Assembly: GCA_949358305.1 (NCBI GenBank)
Contig: OX442314.1
Location: 9,176,001-9,240,000 of the forward strand
Length of the DNA: 64,000 nt
From: Strigamia acuminata
Lineage: Eukaryota
Direction of reading: 5' to 3'
Both the position numbers and the translations under genes were made by a program. Positions within the stretch are counted from its first letter, which is position 1, and the number at the start of each line of letters is the position of its first letter. The notes under the pieces were generated by a model. It was not told the origin of the DNA. It made no database searches and saw only the letters and a program-made list of their open reading frames with translations. Shown here in pieces: positions 14,130-26,509 of the stretch.

Positions 14130-14720
14130 TTGCCCCAAAAATCACTCCATCGCCATTTAAAAATGTGTAAAAAATTTAAAAATATGCTATTTGTTATTTA
14201 TGTTTAGTATAAAAACCGCCTGCGATGGCCGGTTGCTGTTCCCAGCGAGAAAGTGTTCGCTGGGAACGACCGCACCGCCATTAGACACCGCTTCCCGACG
14301 ACATCTAAAGCGATATTCTCGCCGATTCACGCCCTTCGCGAGAAGTGACGAGATTCAACGAGGAGAGCTGCGAGGACGCACATCGCGCTGCTCGGGTGGT
14401 CGCGAAAAGGTGCGAATTTTGCAAATTAAACCTGCGACAGTGTTCGTGCAAGCTTGATCGACATTAATCAAGGTCCCGTCGAGTGTTTTCGAGGATTTCG
14501 GGAGCTGAAACGGGAAAATTTAGTGCAAGAGAAGTCGCAAAGCGAGCAACAAGTTGGGACTTGCTTCGTTAATGCCCGCCAAAGGTGCAGCCTCTTCGTG
14601 ATTGGTCCGCGCGCCGAGCCTGATATGGAAGTTGAGAGTGTGACATCATAGCAAAAACAAACAACACGCGAACCAGGTTAGCCAACTTTTCTCCTCGCAA
14701 TTGTTTTCACGTTGAGGTGA
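14130..14720. promoter_or_regulatory. CpG-rich divergent promoter and 5' UTR region shared by the kinase and BH3-only genes
   Basis: CpG-dense island between the kinase ATG (14128, minus) and a plus-strand donor GAG|GTGAGT at 14716/14717. Contains TATAAAA at 14208 and an inverted CCAAT (ATTGG) at 14601. The exact TSSs cannot be placed. Confidence 0.65.
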
Positions 14721-15155
14721 GTGGATGATGGTGTTTGGGCGCCTTTTAGTGGTCCATAGCTTATTCTAGAATTATTTTTACTTATATTTTATCTCCCACT
14801 TGCTTATTCACGCCCGAAAATGTGATTCGATAGCGGTTGAAGGCGATATTTATCGGTTTAAACACGTTGACCTGAATTGTGTACACAAGTGTCAGTGGCC
14901 CGGGTCAAGGTCGTTTTTCGTAAACGACAAAAAAAAAAAACTTTTTTAGAAAATAGAAAAATATCCATTTAATCGAATAATAAGTCGATTGAAACATCCA
15001 ATTTTCAAACTTTTTTTCGAAAAAAAATTACAAAGGATGTGCGAAAACCTGTTGCGCGCAAAAACGAAACGTAAATAAACAACGTGGAAAGAAGTCGCGC
15101 AGATTTTAATTTTTTGTTGAAACTTGTAAAAAATTTCTCAAAAATTTATTTTAGA

Positions 15156-15552
15156 ATGCAAGAAATAGAAGACGACGAAGTTTTCGAGGCCGAATCGTCC
15201 AGTCATGGGCTCTTCAACCCGTTTCCACGACCATTTGCCCACCTGCACAGCGTCGACTCCGGTTACGAAGCAATGAGGGACTACTCGCCGTACGACTCCG
15301 CCGGCCGCTCCCGGAGTCGAAGCTTTGCCGAGCGGAGCCGAGAGGCGCTCGCCGCTCGCCCGCAACAACCGACATCGGCATCGCCCGTCGAAGTCGAGGG
15401 CCGTGCACTGAGTCGGCGTGCAACCTGGCCCGAGCTGCCGGTCGACCAATCCGATGCGGAGGCCGAGCGACACCGAATTCGAACCGAATCGATGCGCTCT
15501 GTCGGCACTCAAACATCGTCCCTCGAGGGACTGAGCCTGGACGATGATGCGG
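15156..15552 (+). CDS. BH3-only (Bmf/Bim/Bad-like) protein, coding exon 1
   Basis: Acceptor tttag| at 15154, ATG at 15156, phase-1 donor G|GTAAAT at 15552/15553. GC-rich coding composition. Encodes EDDEVF, DSGYE, RSRSRSF, RRATWP and RSVGTQT. Confidence 0.82.
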
Positions 15553-16780
15553 GTAAATCAATAAATTAATCATTTTTATCAACAACTTAACTTGAAATTT
15601 TGGTTTTTTTAAGTTAATTTAAAGTAAAATTTGTATTTTTAACGTTAATTTTTGCCTAAATCAACGATTTGAACGTATCAGGTTATTTTATAATTCCGAC
15701 AATAGATGGCGCTAATAGTGCAATGGCGGATAATCCTACAAGTGTTTAGCCGCGATTTAACCTCTTTGTTCTCTGAAATTAAATGTTTCTACATCAGTTT
15801 AATCTCGTCTACACATTTTAAAATAAAGACAAGATGTTTATTTATATAATCCTTGCAAACAATTTTTAATTATTTTAATTTTAAACCGAAATTTTACAAA
15901 AATTCATTCTCAATGGGAGAATAACATGGGGTATTTTTTAGCATGTCAAAAATTGTGATATTTTGGATGTTGTAGACATGAGGTGGGTAATGGGTCCATG
16001 AAACCCCCCACCACCTTTCCACCAGCTGAGTTTCCAGCTGTTTTATTGTGAGACAGGTTCTGGACTGACTGGTTAAGGGACCCCCCTCTTCCAACCCCCA
16101 TTTTATAGTCTTAAAATAATTTTCTGTTTCCATCTGAATTAGGTGCAATAGCAATTCTTTGGTTGCACTGTTTTTATTTGCATTTTAGGGTTAAAAGAGC
16201 GTAAACAAATGCAATTTTTTGTGGTGTAAGAGTTGGTTTGAGGCTAAGGTTTTGGTTGGTCTTTTTTCCAGGGGCCTGGAGCCCCCCCTGCCCTCTCTGG
16301 TGGCTTGCAACACTGGTTTTGCTTTGCAGCAGCAGCCACCTCAGTCTCAGCTTGCCTCAGCTGACTTGTTGGGGTCATCAGCTGATCTGGGGTTGGCCCT
16401 GGGGTGGAGGGGTGGGGGTGGAAGCCAATGGATCAGGCAAAGAATAAATTTGTGACCCCCAGGCTACTACTGTGTCCCTGAGTTGTGGAAACATGTTTAC
16501 AATTGTGTTTTTGTATTAGATTTGATATTGGTGGCGGCCATCTTGAAGGGTTTTTGGTTACTGTGTGATATTTTTTTGTTTTTAGATTTATTTTGGGTTT
16601 GGAGATTGATTAAATTTGGGGAAAGTTGATCTTTTTTGGTTTTTTGTTTGGATTTTAGTAGGATTTTTGGATTTTATGGGGGAAAAGACTTGGATTTAGG
16701 TGTTTTTTTAGTGGATGCTAATTCTAGTGTAGTTGTGAATATATTAGTATGATTTTTTTAATTGGGAAATGGTATTTATA

Positions 16781-17205
16781 AACTGAACTGGAATATGGGT
16801 TCGTTTTTAAAAATCTTCATTTTTGTTTAAATATTTTACGAAAATATTAGGGAAAGATGGTTTCTAGTGTAGATTTTAACGTAGATCATGAATATCGTAT
16901 CGAAATTCGTGGGGAAAACGTTAAAATTGCTGAAAAATGAACAAAATTGAGAAGCACGGGAAACCCACGGTAACCATTAGCGAATACTAATTCCAGCGTA
17001 ATTGTGAATAGATTACTATGGTTTTACCCACACACAACTGAACTGGAAACCGGGATAATTTATAAAAATCTCTATTTTTCCTTAAATATTTCAAGAAAAT
17101 ACCCGAAAAAGACTCTTTCTAGTGGAGATTTTAACGTAGATCACGAATATCGTATCGAAATTCGGCGGAAAAACGTCCAAATCGCCGAAAAATGACCAAA
17201 ACCGA
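16781..17205. repeat. Direct duplication with ~255-bp period
   Basis: aactgaactgga...gattttaacgtagatca(t/c)gaatatcgtatcgaaattcg occurs starting at ~16781 and ~17036. Confidence 0.75.
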
Positions 17206-17899
17206 CACCTATTGGTTAATAAGTTCATAATTCTGCCACCGGGATTGATTTTTCTTTTATGGGACTTGTTCCAGTCGCTAAGAGATCAATCACGGTAGCC
17301 ATATTGAAAGTTTATCTATTTTTCTTTTTTCTTTTCGTTTTGTTTATACATAAAACTTGACGAACAAGTACGTTTTAAATAATTCATTTAATAGACGACA
17401 GCGCCACCGTGCGGATATAAAATTTCACTTTTATCTTTGTTTTTATAACCCACTAGTAATTTTGCATGTTTATGAAGCTAATTCCGTTTTTCCCCGCCGT
17501 AAAACCACGTATAAAGCGAAAACGGATGAATTTATTTTTGGATGTTATGTGTGTCGTATGGCGGGATGACCGGAGCGGGAGAAAAGTTGGGGCTAACAAT
17601 GTTTCAAAGAGAGACCAATGGTCAGATAAGTTGCGAGTCGAGAGCGGCATTTCTGCCACTTGGATGGGTTTGAATACCGCGACCCAAACATGCGTTAGGG
17701 CTATTAAAATGGGATTTATTGTTTGTATAAACAATAAATTGTGGAGTTTGGATTTTTTGGGGAATGGAGAAGAGTTTTTTATTTTTTTTATTATTATTTT
17801 TTTTTAATTTGAGGGATTTTTTGGGTTGATTTTTGTTTTAGGGATTTGGGGGATGATGTTTGGGTGATTTTTTTGGGGATTTTATGGTGGTTTTGGAGG

Positions 17900-18530
17900 G
17901 ATTTTAGACATTATTGGAGCTTTTTATTAAATTTGAAGGAATTTTAGACTTTTTTTGGTATTTTTATGAAAGTTTGGAGGAATTTTAGACTTTTTTTGGT
18001 ATTTTTATGAAAGTTTGGAGGAATTTTAGACTTTTTTTGGTATTTTTATAAAAGTTTGGAGAAATTTTAGACTCTTTTTGGTATTTTTTATGAAAGTTTG
18101 GAGGAATTTTAGACATTTTATGAAAGTTTGGAGGAATTTTAGACATTTTATGAAAGTTTGGAGGAATTTTAGACATTTTATGAAAGTTTGGAGGAATTTT
18201 AGACATCTTATGAAAATTTGGACAGATTTTAGAAATTTTATGAAAGTTTTGAGGAATTTTAGACATTTTAGACATTTTATGAAAATTTGGACATATTTTA
18301 AACATTTTATGAAAGTTTGGAGGAATTTTAGACATTTTATGAAAGTTTGGAGGAACTTTAGACATCTTATGAAAATTTGGACAGATTTTAGAAATTTTAT
18401 GAAAGTTTTGAGGAATTTTAGACATTTTAGACATTTTATGAAAATTTGGACATATTTTAAACATTTTATGAAAGTTTGGAGGAATTTTAGACATTTTATG
18501 AAAGTTTCGACAATTTAAAACAATTTTAGT
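17900..18530. repeat. 30-41-bp minisatellite (ttttatgaaagtttggaggaattttagaca)
   Basis: Tandem copies; the source of the repetitive 186-aa and 146-aa ORFs. Confidence 0.95.
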
Positions 18531-19269
18531 CATTCTTACGAACATATTTTAGACAATTTTCGGCAAATCTTTAAAAAAAATAATAACAATTCTTCAACCC
18601 CTTTGATCACTCCAAACGATAGAAAAAAGCGAATAATAACAATAATAATAAAAAAAAAGAAGTAAAAAGTGTGAGCGGAAAAGTTTGTACCTTCTTCCCC
18701 TCGTCGACTTCCGTACGTTGGCGAAATTCGACGTAAATCGAGTCGTCGCGCGGCAAACATCGCAATGGAGCCAAAAGGGTAACGAAGCGCAGCCCCACGT
18801 GCTAAAAACGACTCCGACAAGAAGTTGAGTGTAAAACTACGGAAGCCGAGAAGCCATAAAAAAGCGCCGTGGTATGATAATTATTACGCGCGTTCATTTT
18901 CCCGCATGCGGACGCCATTAAAGTATGTTTTTCATTTTTTAAAGACGACGGGGAGATGAGATTCAATTGTAGATGAATCTAATGAATACAAAGTGATTTT
19001 GAGTGCGCTGCGCTGCACTGCACTTGGTTGGGCTGCGCTGCATTGCTCGGCGCGTTTTTGATGGTTGTTTAAGTCGCTGTTGGTTCATTGGAGTGAAAAA
19101 GTTGGTGTGAGAAATTTGTTTGTGTTTTGCATAATGTTGTGTGGGTTGTAGTTAGGGTTGTTTCTCGGTGTTGGGTTTTTTTTGGATGTTGTCCAGATTG
19201 GTTTTTTTTTTGGTTTTGTTTTGTTTTGGATGGTTTGGTTGGAGGTTGAGTTGGGGAGTGATTGGATTT

Positions 19270-20270
19270 ATTGGGAAATTGATGGAAATTGAAGGAAATT
19301 GGAGGAATTTGATGGAATTTGAAGGAATTGAGGGAAATTGAAGGAATTTGATGGAATTTGAAGGAATTTGAGGGAAATTAAAGAAATTTAAAGAAAGTTA
19401 AGGAACATTTTGGAAAAATTGAAGGAATTTGAGGAAAGTGTTTGGAAAATTTGAAAAAAAATTTGGAAAATTTGGAAAAAAAAATTGGAAAATTTGAAGA
19501 AAAAAAATTTGAAAATTTGAAAAAGAAAATTTGGAAAATTTGAAAAAAAATTTGAAAATTTGAAATTAAAAATTTGGAAAATTTGAAATTAAAAATTTTG
19601 AAAATTTGAAATTAAAAATTTGGAAAATTTGAAATTAAAAATTTGGAAAATTTGAAATTAAAAATTTGGAAAATTTGAAATTAAAAATTTGGAAAATTTG
19701 AAATTAAAAATTTGGAAAATTTGAAATTAAAAATTTGGAAAATTTGAAAAAAAATTAGAAAATTTGAAAAACATTTTGGATAATTTAAGAAAAATATGGA
19801 AAACTGAAGGAAAATGTGGAAAAGTGAAAAAAAATTAGTAGAAAAATTTGACAACTCAAGAACAATTTGATAAAATTATGAAAAATTTGATAAAATCAAG
19901 AAAATTTGATAAAATCAAGAAAAATTTGATAAAACCAAGAAAAATTTGATAAAATCAAGAAAAATTTGATAAAATCTAGAAAAATTAGATAAAATCAAGA
20001 AAATTTGATAAAATCAAGAAAAATTTGATAAAACCAAGAAAAATTTGATAAAATTAAGAAAAATTTGATAAAATCAAGAAAAATGTGATAAAATTAAGAA
20101 AAATTTGATAAAATCAAGAAAAATTTGATAAAATCAAGAAAAATTTGATAAAATTAAGAAAAATTTGATAAAATCAAGAAAAATTTGATAAAACCAAGAA
20201 AAATTTGATAAATTCAAGAAAAATTTGATAAACTCAGGAAAAATGCAAAAAACTCAAGAAAAATTATCAA
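19270..20270. repeat. Compound 10-22-bp minisatellites (gaaggaaatt / aaaatttgaaattaaaaatttgg / aagaaaaatttgataaaatc)
   Basis: Successive tandem arrays are directly visible. Confidence 0.92.
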
Positions 20271-20899
20271 AATTGAAAAAAAATCAAATTTTATTGAGAA
20301 ACCTCAAAGAACCATCAAAAAATCTAAATATTTTCATTTTAAAAAAAATTGAAATTTGAAGAAACGGAAAAACAATTGTAATTGAATGTGAATTTGCGTT
20401 TGCAAGTTGTTGCTGCAAGAAGTGAGGGCAAGAAACTGAAAGGATTATTATTTTTGACACTTGAGTACATTTTACTAGGCATTTTGGGCAGCCATGCAGA
20501 AAATGATGTTAAAAATATCGCTCTATCAATCTGTTTAAACAAACTAGGTCGTAAACATTTTTTCAATTACATTTAGTTACACGGGTAACTTGAGGAATTT
20601 CGTGTGTCACTGCAGAGTTTGCTCGGTGATTCATCGTGCTTGACTCACAAGACAACGAGCCAAAGCACCTAACCCTATTTTCACAGAATTTATCTGCGTT
20701 TTGAATCTTATATTCTGCAAGATGATTTCTGCAAATGGCCACGCGAACAGAAAAAAATTAATTTTTTACATTGAAGAAATATATTTTTGCACAAAATGTT
20801 TTATTTCTAATTTTTTTTTTTTTTTTTTTACAATATTTTTTATTTTTGCATAAAAAAATTTATTTTTTTTCAAAATATTTTATTTTTTACATAGAAGTT

Positions 20900-21450
20900 A
20901 ATTTTTTAACTTGAAAATCTCTAAAAAATTTAATTTTTATCTTAAAAAATCTCTAAAAAATTTAATTTTTATTTTAAAAAATCTCTAAAATCTTAAATTG
21001 TATTTTGAAAATTTACAAAAATCTCAAAATCTTAATTTTTGCCTTGAAAATTAACAAAAATCTCTAAAAATCTCAATTTTACCTTGAAAATCTCTAAAAA
21101 TCTCAATTTTTACCTTGAAAATCTCTAAAAATCTCAATTTTTACCTTGAAAATCTTTAAAAATCTCAATTTTTACCTTGAAAATCTCTAAAAATCTCAAT
21201 TTTACCTTGAAAATCTCTAAAAATTTCAATTTTTATCTTGAAAATCTCTAAAAATCTCAATTTTTACCTTGGAAATCTATAAAAATCTTAATTTGTGCCT
21301 TGAAAATTTACAAAAATCTCCAAAAATCTAAATTTTTAATTTGAAAATTTCTAAAAATCTCAATTTTTACCTTGAAAATCTCTAAAAATCTTAATTTGTG
21401 CCTTGAAAATTTACAAAAATCTCTAAAAATCTCAATTTTACCTTTAAAAA
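20900..21450. repeat. ~30-bp minisatellite (aaaatctctaaaaatctcaatttttaccttg)
   Basis: Tandem copies. Confidence 0.92.
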
Positions 21451-22529
21451 CCTCCAATTTCCCTTCAACTTACACACGACAAGCAGCTTAAAAAGCACTT
21501 TCCAGTGTTTAAAACACTCTTCAATCCAAACGACTTTAATAAACTCCACCTAGCAAGACACACACAACTCGATCACTAATTCCAATCATCATTTTTTCAT
21601 CAAAATCCAACCCGACGGCTGCAAATTTTCATTTCAGAACCAATTTATCTCCCATAAACCCAAGCAGAAAATAGAATACCAACGAAAAAATCGTCCCTCA
21701 CGTTCCACCCAGCTCATTTGTTACTCCCCGCATCCAGCCCGTGTGTCAACTCACTCCCGTTCCATGTACAGCGGATGTCCCACTCGTGTTCGCAGATGAA
21801 GACAAACGACGGAGTGATGGGCGCATAATACACTCTCCCCGCCATGATTAATGACGTCACAGAGGCATTTCTCAAATGAGAATTTGTCGGCCCGATTGGA
21901 TTCGCCCGCCATCGGACGTGGGTTGCCTAGCAACCGGATGCTGAGCACGAGAAGAAGAGGATATGCAGTCGCATCGTCGGGCTTAAATCAAAGGAAGAAG
22001 CGCAAATCCTTTCGCGGGCATGTGCGAGGCGATAAGAGGTTGCTTGAAATTGGCCGCTGCAAAGCCCGGGCTCGATGCTTCGCGCCGTTCGCCGCTTACC
22101 CCTTTAATCCTCTTCCGAGTCGATGACCACTGGGCAGTTGAATCGGAGCCACCTGTGTGCGCGCAGAATTTGATCCTTAAAGTGATAAATGCTTCCCATT
22201 TGTTCATCCTGTTCCACTCTAGTTCATCCTTGGACTTGACACAATTTGCCCGTGTTAATGTGATGAATCGGTGGAGAGGAGAGCGGGATTGAATGATTTG
22301 CAAATTCCATTTACAAGTTTAGAGTCCCTGGTCAAAAGAGGATTTGCTTCGGAACGGTGATTCAACTACGGGTGTAACTTTTGTTTAGTTTGTGCCCGAT
22401 ATCTTGATGGTAAATTCATACGGTGCATTCCATTTTGGGGGGCTGATTTCCTAATTGCACAATAATGCTAGAATAAAGTAAATAAACAGCAAAGAAATAC
22501 AGAAACAAAGTATTGCTCCGTAAGTCAAG

Positions 22530-23240
22530 CTGAAGGTGTATGGAGTAAAGCCGAAGGGGTACGGAGTAAAGCCGAAGGGGTATGGAGTTAAGCCGAAGGG
22601 GTACGGAGTTAAGCCGAAGGGGTACAGAGTAAAGCCAAAGGTATATTGAGAAAAGCCGAAGGGGTACGGAGTAAAGCCAAAGGTATACTGAGTAAAGCCG
22701 AAGGGGTACGGAGTAAAGCCAAAGGTATATTGAGTAAAGCCAAAGGTATATTGAGTATATTAGTAAAGCCAAAGGGAAATTGAGTAAAGCCGAAGGTCTA
22801 CAGAGTAAAGCCGAAGGGGTACGGAGTAAAGCCGAAGGAGTATGGAGTAAAGCCGAAGGAGTATGGAGTAAAGCCGAAGGAGTATGGAGTAAAGCCGAAA
22901 GGGTACAGCATAAAGCCGAAGGAGTAGGGAGGAAAGCCGAAAGGGTACGGAGTTAAGCCGAAGGGGTATGGCATAAAGCCAAAGGGGTACGGAGTAGAGC
23001 CGAAGGATATGGAGTAAAGCCGAGAGGGTACGGAGTTAAGCCGAAGGGGTACGGAGTAAAGCCGAAGGGGTACGGAGTTAAGCCGAAGGGGTACGGAGTA
23101 AAGCCGAAGGGGTACGGAGTAAAGCCGAAGGGGTACGGCGTAAAGCCGAAGGGGTACGGCGTAAAGCCGAAGCGGTACGGCATAAAGCCAAAGGTGTACG
23201 GAGTAAAGCCGAATTGGTACGGAATAAAGCCGAAGTCATA
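22530..23240. repeat. 21-bp GC-rich minisatellite (ggagtaaagccgaaggggtac)
   Basis: More than 30 tandem copies; produces the spurious (TPYPFGF)n ORFs. Confidence 0.96.
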
Positions 23241-24872
23241 TGGTATTCACACATTTGACTGGACGAAAAAGCAAAATTGTAATTGCTGACAAAAATGGCA
23301 GTTTTGAATAAGAGTCGCGGCTCTTAATCGATAATATACGGTATTTTAAATCGGAAGAATGTGATAAACGGTTGGGTTTCCCAGGAGATCACCCTTCCGA
23401 CTACTGATCGGCTTGGTGAGCCCGAGTCATTTTGTTTCTAATAAAACAATGAAAAGAGAGAACGATCAAGCCAGCGTGTAGTATGTTCATATGGGAATGT
23501 TCATCCAGATAAATGATTTCGTCAATCTATCTCAGTGTATCTCTCAACCAATCACGGTGTGTCATGAAAATAATACGTTTACGTCAGACATGACTGTAGC
23601 CAGGTAGGGGGCCTGCCTATGATCTTGGCTTAGGGGCCCGCTATGGAAGACTTGCCTGGTGTTGATGTCTGAACAATAACTGCATGATGTCTGATTTCTA
23701 AGCATTTTCTATGCGCCATCTGGTGTTAAATTAATTAATCATTTGTTATAATGGCGAAAAAAAGGGTCGAATTGAGGTTAAATGATATCAATGAAAGGAT
23801 GAGGGTACAGACGTCAATTTGTTAGGATTGCCCGGGATTCTAACTGCCAATTGGTCTCATTGCCTGGGATTAAATTGTTCAGCATGCAACGCATCATGGC
23901 CGGGGCGAGATAGGTTTCAATTTTGCCACCAGGTGCGTGTAGATAAAACACATTTAAAAAATTGGAAAGGAAAAAAAATACGATGATTGCTCATGTTTTG
24001 TAACATGCAGTTAATGATGGCATCAGGGGTCACGGAATCGTGTCATCGTGCATGGAAAAGACAAAATGGATGTGCAGAACAACACAGACAAATGAAGGCG
24101 TTGAGAAAAAAATTCACTTGTGTCTGTGGGTGTCTAATTTTGAATTATTAATCAAGATTCATCATCCGGGACACACTCACTCGATTAAACCGAGTGGATT
24201 TATCTTGATAATTTTTTTTTTTTTTTTTTTTTGGTAAAAACATGTCCCATTTGCTGTAATTTGCTAATAAGGTGCTCTAAGATTGTATCATTTGTCATTA
24301 TAATGTTGTTTTTTTGTGTGTGGGTGTCGGCCATTTTGGTAATGAAGTTTTGACGTGAGTGCGGAGTTAATATGAAACGTGAAGGGAAAGGATTCTTTAT
24401 TTTTTAAAATGAGTCAGTCATTAGGTTGGTAATGGCGGCGAGCGTAGTGTCGGGCTGCGGTGCGCATGCGCAATGGTTGTTATTAGACGTGAATGAGGAA
24501 GCTGGTGTTTGATGAACGAGAGTTTATCGTTGTTTTTTATTTAGAATTTAATATTAAATTAATTATGGTGAAATTTGATTATTTATTTTGTGTAAAATGT
24601 TAAAAGATGTTGTGGGTAATGATGACGATGCGGCGGTTGGGAAAATGGCCGCCATTGTTGTTCGTTTGCCGGTGCGGGAAATCTTTTCGCTTTTTCGACG
24701 GTTTGGACGATTGGATGTGGAAAATTGTGTAGACCTGAGGTTATATAAATGTAGAATCTCGAATTTTATTACATAAAAATGGAATTTAAAGTTCGAAAAT
24801 AAATTTCGCGAGCCGAAATTGAACAATTGTCAAATTTTTTCTTTTAATTTATTTAATTTTTATTGTTTCTAG

Positions 24873-25096
24873 ACGACGACGACGACGACGATAATGTGTT
24901 CAGCCCGTCTTCTACCGTGGGTTCCACGGGGCCTTTACCGGACGTGATCCAGCCTATGAACGAGCGAAGGCATTCGCTGGACGGCTCGGCCCTTCAAAAC
25001 CTCGGCCGCAATTTAAGGGACCTGGCGGACAGCTTCCGAGCTAGAAGCGAGGAGCAAAGGGCTTCTATTGGTCGCAGACGTACGTGGAGTCTACAG
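24873..25096 (+). CDS. BH3-only protein, coding exon 2 (contains the BH3 motif LGRNLRDLADSF)
   Basis: The acceptor ttgtttctag| matches the phase-1 donor of exon 1 (G+AC=Asp). Donor CAG|GTTAGA is phase 0. The BH3 motif is at 25001-25036; RRHSL and RRRTWSL kinase sites are also present. Confidence 0.85.
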
Positions 25097-26477
25097 GTTA
25101 GACCTCGGTTTTTTTCAATGCTGGTTCATACTTTTGTCTAATGAAGAAAATTTAAAAAAAAAAATTTATATATTTTTTTTCCCTCCTCCATTTTGTTTTT
25201 TCCCCATTTTGTTACAATGAAAAAAAAAATCAACGAATTGAATAAATATTTACATATTTATTTACAATTTTTCTTGAAACATTAATTAGTGCAAAGTCAA
25301 AGTCAAGCCAAGTGTAACCAGCGTGACTCACCTGTTGAAAGGAAAAGAGAACTTCCTCCACTCCACTCCAACTTGATATACAATGACTAATGGAGGCAAA
25401 GATCAGTTTAAATGACCCTCAATATCCCCCCATATAACTCCATTGTTCAATGGAGTGTGCAAATTCACACCTGGTGCAACAGCAAATTGTCAACACTTGT
25501 CTCTCCCCATCACAAATTACTAATTTGAATCCAACTGGGTGTTTACCTGCACCCACTAATCTCTTGCAGAGTGTCACATGGTGTGGGTGGGGGTGGGGGT
25601 GGGGGGGATTGGATATTCATTACTTTAGCATTAAAAGTCGTCCCTTTTGCAATCACTTTTTTAAGCTTTCGGTCAATAATTGTGGGGTTAATGGAGCTTT
25701 ATTTAATTCTGGGGAAATCAGCTGGGAAAGTATGGGTAATTTGATAGATGGAGTGACTTCCGGTTGGGTTTAAAGTTGGATGGTCAGTGGAGATGGGCTG
25801 GGATGGAGTAATAAAGTTGTTTAGTTTCATTTTAATAGAAATTGAATGTTGGAGAGGTTTTTAAGCTTTTGGGATGGTTTTTTGATGGGATTTCTTTCTC
25901 GGCTTTGCATTTGCATCGGATTTTTCGGGTTTCTTGCGATTCGTTATAACGAGGTTCGACTGTATTGGAAATGCAAAAAAATTGGGGTGGAAAAGTGCGG
26001 TGTATTTGCATCACAAGGAATTGTGCAGGTTTAAGGACTTGGAAAGTTACATTGTATGTCAGAGAGCGGCCCTTTGTCCATAGATGGGTCGCCGTTACAA
26101 ATAAATACATACATGTATGTCAGAGAGGCTGTTTTGCAGGTGCAGGCAAAAGATGGCGCCATTTGGTTAGGGAAACAAGATGGTGGCCTGATTGCCCATC
26201 CATCTCACCCACTTGCTCGTGCAAATACCGGTTTGATTTAATAACAGTATATATACAGGATTTATCTTAAAATTTCCTTTCCATATCTCCACCTGTCTTT
26301 TATTTATTTATTTGTTTATTTTTTTTTTCTTTTTCCGTTGAAAAATTTAATGGATTCATATCTAAAGTAGAAAGCTGAAATTATAGGTTGACTTTTTTAG
26401 GGGGTAATTTTTGTTATCAAGTCCTTGACTCTTTACTTGATGATACATAAAATTTAAAAAGTTTTTTTTTTTTTCTT

Positions 26478-26509
<32 letters not shown>

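Noticed and set aside
17985..18545. 186-aa and 146-aa repetitive ORFs
   Set aside because: Translations of a 30-bp minisatellite that is open on both strands, with no splice or domain support.
22416..23240. 21-bp array as a CRISPR-like locus or repeat protein
   Set aside because: No unique spacers, no cas genes and a eukaryotic context; it is a simple tandem repeat.
25585..25608. G-run tracts able to form G-quadruplexes (also ~16400, 40346, 41953, 43981)
   Set aside because: G and C homopolymer runs are common throughout the window; there is no evidence of specific function.
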